Below are positions 36,883 to 45,530 of a DNA stretch of 64,000 bases, one piece after another. The notes beneath the pieces were generated by a model. That model worked only from the letters and a program-made list of their open reading frames with translations. It searched no databases and was not told the origin of the DNA. The stretch covers positions 9 through 64,008 of the forward strand of contig CALXWJ010000005.1 of assembly GCA_944392335.1 (NCBI GenBank), read 5' to 3'. Position 1 is the stretch's first letter. Each line of letters opens with the position of its first letter. The position numbers and the translations under genes are program-made. Source of the stretch: an uncultured Clostridia bacterium. GTDB taxonomy: Bacteria > Bacillota > Clostridia > UBA1381.

Positions 36883-38682
36883 TTGAAAAAATTGTTATCC
36901 TTGCTTTTATGCATATCATTATGCATTTGCGGTATCATTGGCTGCGCAGCAGAAGGTACGGATAATTTGACGATTGTTCTTCAAATAAATGATCCTGTAA
37001 TGCTTGTAAATGGAGTGGAACAGGAGATCGACCCCGGAAGAGGAACAACGCCTATCATTCAAAATGACAGAACGCTTCTGCCGATCCGTGCGGTAGTTGA
37101 GGAAATGGGAGGCAGCGTAGGCTGGGACGAAGAGGCACAAGAAGCAACGCTTACGTTAGGTGAAGATATCATTCGCCTTACAATAGGCAGTACAACTGCT
37201 TATGTAAATGATGAAGCACATACGCTTGATGTTGCGCCGATCGTGGTGAATGATCGAACGATGCTTCCTATCCGTTTTATTGCAGAGAGCTTTCAGTTTG
37301 ATGTAGCGTGGGATAATGCCGCGCGAGAAGTTCAAATTACAAAGATCCCCGAATCATCCGGTACTACGGTACCGGTCGAAGACGATGATATGGTGCTGAT
37401 CAGCGGAGGGACGTTTACCATGGGAAGCCCCGAAAATGAAGCAGAACGTGATACTGACGAAGTGCAGCACGAGGTAACCGTCAGCGACTTTTATATTGCA
37501 AGAACAGAGCTGACACAGGAAGAATACCAAGCGGTCATGGGCAATAATCCCAGCGAAAACCAGGGAGGAAATCTGCCTGTTGAAAATATAACATGGTATG
37601 ATGCAATCGAGTATTGTAATGCATTGAGTGAAGCAGAGGGCCTTACTCCCTGTTATACTGTCACTGACAGCACGGTGGTATGGGACAGAAGTGCGGATGG
37701 ATACCGCTTGCCCACAGAAGCAGAATGGGAATATGCCGCAAGAGCAAATACCGAAACGCCGTTTCATTTCGGCGATTATGTATATGATGAAAATGCAAAT
37801 TGCTACAATGCCTACGGTTATAACAACAACGCAAGCGGAAGCTGGGTAAACGGGTACATTTCCCATACCGTAGACGTTACGGATTATGAACCAAATGCGT
37901 ATGGATTATACAATATCCATGGTAATGCGGCTGAGTGGGTATGGGATTGGTACGGTGCGTACAACATACAAGAAACTGAGGATCCCACAGGGCCGGAGCC
38001 GGGCAATTATAAAATTGCACGGGGCGGCGGATGGAACGATTTTCCAAAGCATATCCGCAGCGCATACCGCAGTGCTTATCCGGCAGACGCCCCTCTTTAC
38101 AGCATTGGCATGCGTTTGGTGAGAAACGCAGAACCTATACAGGAAACTGTGACAAGTACAAATACTGCAACTGCTGTGAGTAACGGCAGCACATTGATTG
38201 TTTACTTCTCACAGACTGGTAACACGGAAGGTTTAGCGGAAATTATTGCAGAGATGACGGGCGCAGATGTGTTCCGTATTGAGCGTGAAACGCCATATTC
38301 ATCAACGCAGAATTCACAGGGCTTATACGCAGAGGCATTGACGGAGTATAGAGAGAACGCGATTCCGAATCTGCGTACTTATTTAGAGGACGAGGGTCTT
38401 GATATCAATCAATATGATACGATTTTACTCGGCTATTGCAACTGGTGGGCATCCATTCCGGCACCGGTGCGCAGTTTCTTAACACATTACGATTTGAGCG
38501 GTAAAACAATTATTCCGTTTTGCAGTATGGGAGGCGGACGTTTTGGTCAGACGATCAGCGCAGTTGCAAAGCTTGCTCCCGACAGTACTATTAAAGCAGG
38601 ATTGGATATTACATATTCTTCATATGACAGGGATAAAATTGCGCAATGGCTTACACAAAGCGGAATAGAAATTATAAATTAA
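36883..38682 (+). CDS. Exported tri-domain protein: copper-amine-oxidase-N-like stalk repeats + FGE/SUMF1-type domain + flavodoxin-like domain
   Basis: Signal/lipobox IIGCA. Stalk-domain repeats (..NDRTLLPIRAVVEEMGG.., ..NDRTMLPIRFIAESF..). FGE-sulfatase-like core (MVLISGGTFTMGSP.., RLPTEAEWEYAAR, RGGGW). C-terminal TLIVYFSQTGNT..LGYCNWWASIP..FCSMGGG. TTG start at 36883 is preferred over GTG 36874 because of RBS spacing. Confidence 0.75.
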   Translation: MKKLLSLLLCISLCICGIIGCAAEGTDNLTIVLQINDPVMLVNGVEQEIDPGRGTTPIIQNDRTLLPIRAVVEEMGGSVGWDEEAQEATLTLGEDIIRLTIGSTTAYVNDEAHTLDVAPIVVNDRTMLPIRFIAESFQFDVAWDNAAREVQITKIPESSGTTVPVEDDDMVLISGGTFTMGSPENEAERDTDEVQHEVTVSDFYIARTELTQEEYQAVMGNNPSENQGGNLPVENITWYDAIEYCNALSEAEGLTPCYTVTDSTVVWDRSADGYRLPTEAEWEYAARANTETPFHFGDYVYDENANCYNAYGYNNNASGSWVNGYISHTVDVTDYEPNAYGLYNIHGNAAEWVWDWYGAYNIQETEDPTGPEPGNYKIARGGGWNDFPKHIRSAYRSAYPADAPLYSIGMRLVRNAEPIQETVTSTNTATAVSNGSTLIVYFSQTGNTEGLAEIIAEMTGADVFRIERETPYSSTQNSQGLYAEALTEYRENAIPNLRTYLEDEGLDINQYDTILLGYCNWWASIPAPVRSFLTHYDLSGKTIIPFCSMGGGRFGQTISAVAKLAPDSTIKAGLDITYSSYDRDKIAQWLTQSGIEIIN

Positions 38683-38698
38683 ATAACAGGAGGAAACT

Positions 38699-39076
38699 GA
38701 AGTAAAAAAAATTTCATCTTTGTTGATTACCGTCAATGTACTGATGATAAATCTGTGCGGTGTTGTGCAGGCGGCGGAAACCTTTGAGGCTGTTTTGTAA
38801 ATAGATAATCTAATAATGAAAGTAAATGGCGTGGAAAAAGAAATCAATCCCGGGAGAGGGACAACGCCTATCATTCAAAACGGCAGAACGCTTCTGCCGA
38901 TCCGTGCACCGGTCGAGGAAATCGGCGGCAGCGCAAGCTGGGACGAAGATGAACAGGGAGCAACGCTGCATAGCTGTGCTTCCTTATTGAATATAGCAAA
39001 GCACAGGAATATCAAGTGGTGTAAAAAATCGTCCAGAGCGTTCACGGGCAAAAAGCTTGATTGTACTTGCTTTTAA
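38699..39076 (+). pseudogene. Decayed partial duplicate of the stalk-domain N-terminus of the upstream gene
   Basis: A signal-peptide-like reading frame without a start codon, an in-frame stop, then ..NGVEKEINPGRGTTPIIQNGRTLLPIRAPVEEIGGSASWDEDEQGATL. About 38825-38967 is highly similar at nucleotide level to about 37009-37152. The reading frame then degenerates. Confidence 0.6.
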
Positions 39077-39292
39077 CGTTTCAAAAAAAATTTAAAATAC
39101 TCCTTAAATGTAGAAAATCCACCTTTTTGGCGGATTTTCTGTGTTTATGCCCTTGCATTACGAACGAAAATCACCCTCGGAGTATGCCAATACGCCGTCG
39201 GGCAAGGTTTACAGCGTCGGCTGCGATCGCTACTGTAAACTGATTTTCGCCCGTTCTGAACGATTTTTTTGGACATCTCATACGCACTCATT

Positions 39293-39472
39293 TTATACGT
39301 CGAGTTTTTTTACAGCTCCCAGCTTCTCAATTGCTTTTAGTAAAAACTCACTTCTGCTCAGATCGTTTGATTTGCAATAATTATCAATGAGATTAAAAAG
39401 CTCCGGTTTTATCTGAACATTAAACTGTTTATATGCTTTTTTATTGTAGCGAGCCTTTACTTGTTTGTATAA
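39293..39472 (-). pseudogene. Ribbon-helix-helix (CopG/Arc-like) protein remnant lacking a start codon
   Basis: 59-codon open frame ..KARYNKKAYKQFNVQIKPELFNLIDNYCKSNDLSRSEFLLKAIEKL.. bounded upstream by a stop codon, with no ATG/GTG/TTG. Confidence 0.3.
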
Positions 39473-39540
39473 TTACATATATAAAATGGTGCAAAGAACA
39501 ATATATAATTGTAATAAAGTAATAAATATTAAAAAAAGTA

Positions 39541-39592
39541 TTGACATGAATCCGAAATCGGAGTATAATAACTTGCAGAATCCGAAATCGGA
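39541..39592 (+). promoter_or_regulatory. Consensus promoter (TTGACA-17 nt-TATAAT) carrying two identical palindromic operators TCCGAAATCGGA
   Basis: -35 at 39541-39546 and -10 at 39564-39569. The palindromes at 39551-39562 (in the spacer) and 39581-39592 (around +1) have centres 30 bp apart. Confidence 0.6.
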
Positions 39593-39624
39593 TTAATAAA
39601 ACATCAATTGAGGACACTAAGCCT

Positions 39625-39966
39625 ATGCAGCCAAAAGAATTTTATTATACCCCATCTACTCACAAAGAGTGGAAAAAAATAATGAATAGCAAGCTCCAAA
39701 CGGCAAAGACCTTTGAGATTCATTGCTGGAATGAGGAAATAGACTGGATCGAGTTTGCATTAAAATTTGGTAAATTGAAAGATTTTAATTGGAGGTATGG
39801 AAAAGTAATATCAGGAGATGTTACAAAAGATTTTGTAGGTATGCTTTTGAATATGCCTAAACCAATGGATATTGAAATCTATAATAAGATGACGCCGTTC
39901 TTTTCTATTTTTCTTGATAATGGATTTGCGTCAGCACACTATGGCACAGAATTAATTCAGCACTAG
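39625..39966 (+). CDS. Hypothetical protein (113 aa)
   Basis: ORF downstream of the dual-operator promoter. No family recognised. Confidence 0.5.
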   Translation: MQPKEFYYTPSTHKEWKKIMNSKLQTAKTFEIHCWNEEIDWIEFALKFGKLKDFNWRYGKVISGDVTKDFVGMLLNMPKPMDIEIYNKMTPFFSIFLDNGFASAHYGTELIQH

Positions 39967-40038
39967 GTATCACATTTGATGAAATCAGATGAATGTATAA
40001 TTTGATAAGATAGAAAACCAGAATCACGGAGGGTATGT

Positions 40039-40488
40039 ATGCAATACAAACAAAGTCATGAGTTGCAAGAATTTTCTCGGCTATATCGGGAATTAGACGG
40101 CTTTTATCATATATTGGCAATGCGGTCGGGATTGTCTGACAGCGCATTTCTGATTCTTTATGCAATGATCGAGTTTGGAGAAGGATGCCTTCAAAAAGAG
40201 ATTGCAAACCTATATTCTATCAGTCCGCAGACCGTCAATTCTTCTGTTCGGACCTTGGAGAAGAAAGGGTATATATATCTTGAAGCCGGAAAAAAACGAG
40301 ATATGCACATTTATTTGACTGATTTAGGAAAGCAGATAATTAAGGAAAGGTTAGACCCCATTGTTGAATTTGAAAACAGCATTTTCAAAGCAATGCCGCC
40401 GAATGAAAGTCAAGAACTTTTACGCCTTACACGAAAGTATCTTGATTTATATCGGCAAAAATTAAATATTGTTTCATCGGAGGACTGA
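40039..40488 (+). CDS. MarR-family transcriptional regulator
   Basis: ..LSDSAFLILYAMIEFGEGCLQKEIANLYSISPQTVNSSVRTLEKKGYIYL.. Confidence 0.8.
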   Translation: MQYKQSHELQEFSRLYRELDGFYHILAMRSGLSDSAFLILYAMIEFGEGCLQKEIANLYSISPQTVNSSVRTLEKKGYIYLEAGKKRDMHIYLTDLGKQIIKERLDPIVEFENSIFKAMPPNESQELLRLTRKYLDLYRQKLNIVSSED

Positions 40489-40752
40489 ACATCGCAATGT
40501 TCTGCCGGACTTTGTTTTCGGTCCAAGTCGGATAAGGTGACGAGTGCGCTCGGTTATTTTAACAATAATCGAGCGCACTTTTTATTTTATAAGGAGGATG
40601 AGATTTTATGAAAACAAGAAAAAATTTAATTTACATTATCATCGGTGTTATCACAGCAATGGCATCAATATCCGGGATAATATACATTATATATTCCCGT
40701 AAGAAAACATCTGTCTGCACCAATGATTCAGAGGTGGGATCATGAACACTGT

Positions 40753-40897
40753 TATAGCTGCGCACATGTTGTCCCCCGCCGTAATCGGCGGCGGGTTCCA
40801 TATTTGTAATCAGTGAGAGTACAATCTCCCACTGATTACAGCAAAGCACAGCCTGCGCTCTTGTCCTAGTTGAATGACAGGACAAGCCCTTATTGAA
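40753..40897 (+). repeat. Structured intergenic repeat, copy 6
   Basis: TATAGCTGCGCACATGTTGTCC, then CCGCCG-TAAT-CGGCGG and TAATCAGTGAGAG-TACAAT-CTCCCACTGATTA. H4 CTTGTCC-TAGTTGAATGACA-GGACAAG has a different loop but keeps the stem. Ends CCCTTATTGAA. Confidence 0.9.
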
Positions 40898-40939
40898 ATG
40901 ATATATATTCTCGCATTGCGCGAACTTTAGGAGGATCCT

Positions 40940-42667
40940 ATGTTAAAACTAATTAAATTTCTGTCACCATATAAAGGCAGGGTGACAGCCATGCTTATTT
41001 TACTTTTTTTACAGGTGTTGGGAACGTTGTATATTCCTACCCTGACAGCCGATATTGTTAACAACGGCATTGTAGCCGGAGATCTTAACCACATTTGGAA
41101 AATCGGCGGATTTATGCTGGCGGTGGCTGTTTCCATTGCAGCGGTTTCCCTTACGGAAACCTATTTGTCTACTACCATATTTTCAAGAATGGGCCGAGAT
41201 ATCCGCAACGCGCTGTTTGAAAAGTCGCAGAAGCTGACTATTGACCAGTTCAATCAGTTTGGCCCTGCATCTATGATCACCCGCAGCACCAACGACATTA
41301 TGCAGATCCAGATGGCCTACATGGCCGGAACGGAGATGATTCTACCCGCCCCTATTATGACCATAGCGGGACTCTTTCTTGCCTTTTCCAAAAGCCCAGC
41401 TCTTGCAATGGTTATTGTCGTTGCCATGCTGGTAGTCTGCATATTTACTATTTTTCTTGCCGCAAAGGTTATGCCGCTGTTTTCCAAGCTGCAAGCTCTG
41501 CTAGATAAGATCAACCGCACTCTGCGTGAAATGCTTACAGGAATCCGGGTGATCCGTGCCTTCAACCGCTCTAAATTTGAGCAGGAGCGTACTGATAAAT
41601 CCTTTGTTGATTATGCGCAGAGCGCCATTCGTATTAATAAAATTTTTGCTGTGATGATGCCGGTTATTATGTTGATTATGAATATCTGCACAGTCATTAT
41701 CTTGGCAAACGGCGGCCAGCAGGTTGCCGATGGCGCGATGGAGATCGGCGACATCATGGCTCTGACAGAGTATGCTATTATGATCCTGATGTACCTCATT
41801 ATGGGCATTATGGTCTTTATGATCTTCCCAAGAGCGCAGTCCTGCGCCAACCGTGTCAACGAGGTGCTGGCTGTCAACACAGATACGGCTAAAAGCCGGC
41901 AAAATCCCCGGCAACATTTTGCCAAAGCCAAGCTGGAATTCCGCAATGTTACCTTCCAGTACAAAGGTGCCGAGGAACCGGTGCTTAACAATATCAGCTT
42001 TACGGCGGACATTGGTAAAACAACAGCGATTATCGGCGGCACCGGTTCAGGTAAATCCACCATTGCAAACCTGATCCCTCGTTTTTATGATATACAAAGC
42101 GGTACGATCCGAATCGACGGGGTGAATATCCTGCGTATGTCCAAGCAGGTTCTGCGGGATAAGATCGGTTTTGTACCACAGAAGGCATTTCTGTTCAGCG
42201 GCACCATTCTGGATAATTTCCACCACGGGAAAAAGGACGCGACTATGGAAGAAATCCGCCACGCAGCCGAAATTGCACAGATCGGCGATTTCATTGAAGG
42301 GCTGGAGGACGGGTACAACACTCGCGTCGCCCAAGGTGGTAACAACTTCTCCGGCGGTCAGAAGCAGCGCCTGGCCATTGCACGTGCTCTGGTGAAGAAA
42401 CCGGAAATTTATATTTTTGACGACAGCTTCTCGGCGCTGGACTTTAAAACAGACGCAAAGCTGCGTGCAGCCTTGAAAGGCGAAGTAACAAATGCCGCAG
42501 TCATTCTGGTTGCCCAGCGTATCAGCACGATAATGGATGCTGACCAGATTGTCGTACTGGATGAGGGACGGGTAGCCGGGATTGGCACACATAAAGAGCT
42601 GATGGAATCCTGCACTGTTTACCGGCAGATTGCACGTTCGCAGCTCAGTGAGGAGGAATTAGTATGA
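40940..42667 (+). CDS. ABC exporter half-transporter (TMD-NBD), partner 1
   Basis: NBD motifs GGTGSGKST, FSGGQKQRLAIARA and IYIFDDSFS. Confidence 0.9.
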   Translation: MLKLIKFLSPYKGRVTAMLILLFLQVLGTLYIPTLTADIVNNGIVAGDLNHIWKIGGFMLAVAVSIAAVSLTETYLSTTIFSRMGRDIRNALFEKSQKLTIDQFNQFGPASMITRSTNDIMQIQMAYMAGTEMILPAPIMTIAGLFLAFSKSPALAMVIVVAMLVVCIFTIFLAAKVMPLFSKLQALLDKINRTLREMLTGIRVIRAFNRSKFEQERTDKSFVDYAQSAIRINKIFAVMMPVIMLIMNICTVIILANGGQQVADGAMEIGDIMALTEYAIMILMYLIMGIMVFMIFPRAQSCANRVNEVLAVNTDTAKSRQNPRQHFAKAKLEFRNVTFQYKGAEEPVLNNISFTADIGKTTAIIGGTGSGKSTIANLIPRFYDIQSGTIRIDGVNILRMSKQVLRDKIGFVPQKAFLFSGTILDNFHHGKKDATMEEIRHAAEIAQIGDFIEGLEDGYNTRVAQGGNNFSGGQKQRLAIARALVKKPEIYIFDDSFSALDFKTDAKLRAALKGEVTNAAVILVAQRISTIMDADQIVVLDEGRVAGIGTHKELMESCTVYRQIARSQLSEEELV

Positions 42668-44511
42668 GTATGGAAAAAGATACCCGTGAAACAACGGTAG
42701 ATACCTTTGATAATGATATGAGCGCGGAAAGGGCGAAAAATGTCAAAGGCACGGCGCTCCGGCTGTTAAAAAAGCTGATGGAGCAAAAATGGAAGCTGCT
42801 GGTAATCGTCCTCAGTATCATTGTAAGCTCCCTGTTTAACATTCTGTCCCCGAAGGTGATGGGAATCGCCATCAACGACATTTTTGACGGTGTTAAAAAT
42901 GCCGTTGCAAACGGACAGGCTTTTCAGGTGAATCTGGAAACAATGGGGGTTGTCCTGCTGGGACTTCTGGGGCTATATCTGCTGTCATCGCTGTTTTCGT
43001 ATATTCAGCAGAACACCATGGCCAGCGTTTCCCAGACGCTGACCCTTACCCTTCGCCGGGAAATCAGCGCCAAGCTGAACCGTTTGCCTTTGCGTTATTT
43101 TGATCAGCATAAAAAAGGCGAAGTATTGAGCCGCGCTACCAGCGACCTTGAAAAAGTGGCCGATACCCTGCAGGAAGGTTTGTCACAGTTGGTAACCGCG
43201 TTTTTTGGTATTGTAGGAGCTTTCGTGATGATGCTGCTGATCAGCCCTACACTTACTTTGATTGCGCTGGGCACTATTTTTGTCAGTCTGATTGTCGCTG
43301 CACTGGTATCGGGTCGAACGCACCGCTACTTTGCCGCTAATCAAGAGGCGCTTGGACGTCTCAACAGCAGCATTGAAGAAAGTTTTACAGGAAATATTGT
43401 GATAAAGGCCTTTAACTTGGAACAATCGACTGTGGATAACACGAAAGTACTCAACGAGAATTTGTTCCGTGCCAGTAAAAAGGCAATGTTTATGAATTAT
43501 ATGATCAGCCCGATCATCCGTTTAATCAATCAATTTGGTTATGTAGCTGTAGCGGTCGGCGGTGCTTTATCAGTTATACGCGGTACGATCTCCATTGGCG
43601 ATATTCAGGCGTTTATTCAGTATGTCAATCAGGCTTCGGAACCGGTTACACAGATTTCCTACACCGTAAACTCTCTTCAAGGCGCTATCGCCGCGGCAGA
43701 GCGTGTGTTTCAGTTGCTGGATGAAGAGGAGGAAATACCTGACGCGGTCAGACCTGTAAGAATAGATGCTCCAAAAGGTAATGTACGTTTTGAACATGTC
43801 CGTTTTGGTTACAGCGACGACCATATCCTGATGCAGGACATTTCTTTCGATGTGAAAGCAGGAAGTAAAATTGCTATTGTCGGCCCCACAGGTGCAGGCA
43901 AGACCACCCTTGTCAATCTGTTGATGCGCTTTTATGAACTGCAGGGCGGACGTATTACCATAGATGGTGCGGACATTTCCAAGATGACGCGCAGCCACCT
44001 GCGTTCTCTGATGGGAATGGTATTGCAGGACACGTGGCTGTTTGGCGGGTCGATTCGTGACAATATTGCGTACAGCAAGGAAAACGCCACGGACGAGGAA
44101 GTATATAAGGCGGCAAAAGCAGCCCGGGCCGATCACTTTATCCGCACTATGCCCGACGGCTACAGCACTGTTTTGAGCGATGAAATTGCCAGCCTGTCAC
44201 AGGGACAGCGGCAGCTTCTTACTATTGCCCGTGCGATTCTTGCCGATCCTGCTATCCTGATTCTGGATGAGGCGACCTCCAGCGTAGACACACGCACAGA
44301 ATTAGAAATCCAGAAAGCAATGGACGCGCTGATGAAGGGACGTACCAGCTTCATTATCGCCCACCGGCTTTCTACTATCAGGGATGCCGATCATATCCTT
44401 GTGATGAAGGACGGTACAATTATTGAGCAAGGAAATCACGATGAATTGATGAAGCTGGGCAAATTCTACGCCGACCTATACAACAGTCAATTTGCTTCAA
44501 AAGCCGGATAA
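42664..44511 (+). CDS. ABC exporter half-transporter (TMD-NBD), partner 2
   Basis: NBD motifs GPTGAGKTT, LSQGQRQLLTIARA and ILILDEATS. Overlaps the upstream gene by 4 nt. Confidence 0.9.
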   Translation: MSMEKDTRETTVDTFDNDMSAERAKNVKGTALRLLKKLMEQKWKLLVIVLSIIVSSLFNILSPKVMGIAINDIFDGVKNAVANGQAFQVNLETMGVVLLGLLGLYLLSSLFSYIQQNTMASVSQTLTLTLRREISAKLNRLPLRYFDQHKKGEVLSRATSDLEKVADTLQEGLSQLVTAFFGIVGAFVMMLLISPTLTLIALGTIFVSLIVAALVSGRTHRYFAANQEALGRLNSSIEESFTGNIVIKAFNLEQSTVDNTKVLNENLFRASKKAMFMNYMISPIIRLINQFGYVAVAVGGALSVIRGTISIGDIQAFIQYVNQASEPVTQISYTVNSLQGAIAAAERVFQLLDEEEEIPDAVRPVRIDAPKGNVRFEHVRFGYSDDHILMQDISFDVKAGSKIAIVGPTGAGKTTLVNLLMRFYELQGGRITIDGADISKMTRSHLRSLMGMVLQDTWLFGGSIRDNIAYSKENATDEEVYKAAKAARADHFIRTMPDGYSTVLSDEIASLSQGQRQLLTIARAILADPAILILDEATSSVDTRTELEIQKAMDALMKGRTSFIIAHRLSTIRDADHILVMKDGTIIEQGNHDELMKLGKFYADLYNSQFASKAG

Positions 44512-44643
44512 GAAATATTAAAATCACTTGCTAAATAAAAGTCCAACCTAAAGCTTCGAGGATTAGTATGTCAGGTGATCTTATGCTAAACATATACCAT
44601 AATTCCATCTATTAAAGAAGTTAAATATTTAACTTGAAAGAAA

Positions 44644-44677
44644 GTCATAGAGCCTGTGGGTTTTCTATGGCTTTTTT
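44644..44677 (+). terminator. Intrinsic terminator after the ABC exporter pair
   Basis: GTCATAG..CTATGGC hairpin followed by T6. Confidence 0.6.
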
Positions 44678-45171
44678 ATACATGTATTTGAGCGCCTCCG
44701 AAATAAATTACAAATCGCAAAAATTGATGGTTGTGAATTTTAATTTATATTTGTTCCCTACATGAGCGACCAAGAAACACCGGCATTCCATTGAGGAGAC
44801 GAGAACTCGAAAGACAAAAGGGATAAATGTATCTCAAATCAATTTGGAGGCTTTTGCTCAAGAGTTTTGAAAAATGAAGCGTACAATATTTATGCTGAAT
44901 ATGAAAGGCGAAAGGGACGAGAGAAATCTTTTGGGGAGCTGACGAACAATGAACTGCTGCAGTTATCATCAGATGACAAATATTTTACTGAGGAACATAT
45001 AGAGAACTTTGAGCTAAATTGCCCACAGCAATTATAGCCTTTATGAAGGAGATTTCCGACAGCGAAGAAGAATATAATTACTTAACTTTGAAGGTAATTA
45101 AATTTTTAAGCTATATTGATTACAAAGACGCAAACTCAGATGATGAATGGGATGAAGAAAATGAATAATAA

Positions 45172-45210
45172 TAAAAAAGGACCGCCGAATATTAGGAGAT
45201 ATTACGGCGG
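45172..45210 (-). terminator. Hairpin CCGCCGAATAT..ATATTACGGCGG with a T-run on the minus strand
   Basis: On the minus strand the stem is followed by TCCTTTTTTATT. It would stop read-through from rpmB/tRNA-Pro. Confidence 0.45.
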
Positions 45211-45530
45211 AAAAAAATTTTGAAATATACATATAGCTATATTATAGCATATATGCTGTGATATGTCAATAGAAGAAGGAAAATTTTCACGGAAAGGATC
45301 AGAACGCTTATTGGTTAGCAAGAAAAGCACTCGACTATATGAGGCGTAGAGACTAAAATGCCGGAGGGGAATCCCTCCGGTTAAAACTTGCTTTTTAAAA
45401 TACACTTTGATTATCTGACTAACTTTCTTATGCTTTTTTATGTTTTTTTTATGCCATTTTTTGATGTCTTTAAAAGTAAAAAAAATCGCATAAACACTAA
45501 CATTTCAAGTATTTATGCAACTTTTTTAAA

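Noticed and set aside
40753-40897. Self-cleaving ribozyme in the repeat (CTGATTA resembles hammerhead CUGANGA; CCCAAG/AAGCCC resembles part of a twister core).
   Set aside because: The hammerhead G8 position is U and no GAAA/helix arrangement fits. The twister-like strings are not in the required pseudoknotted context. No case can be made without a covariance-model search.
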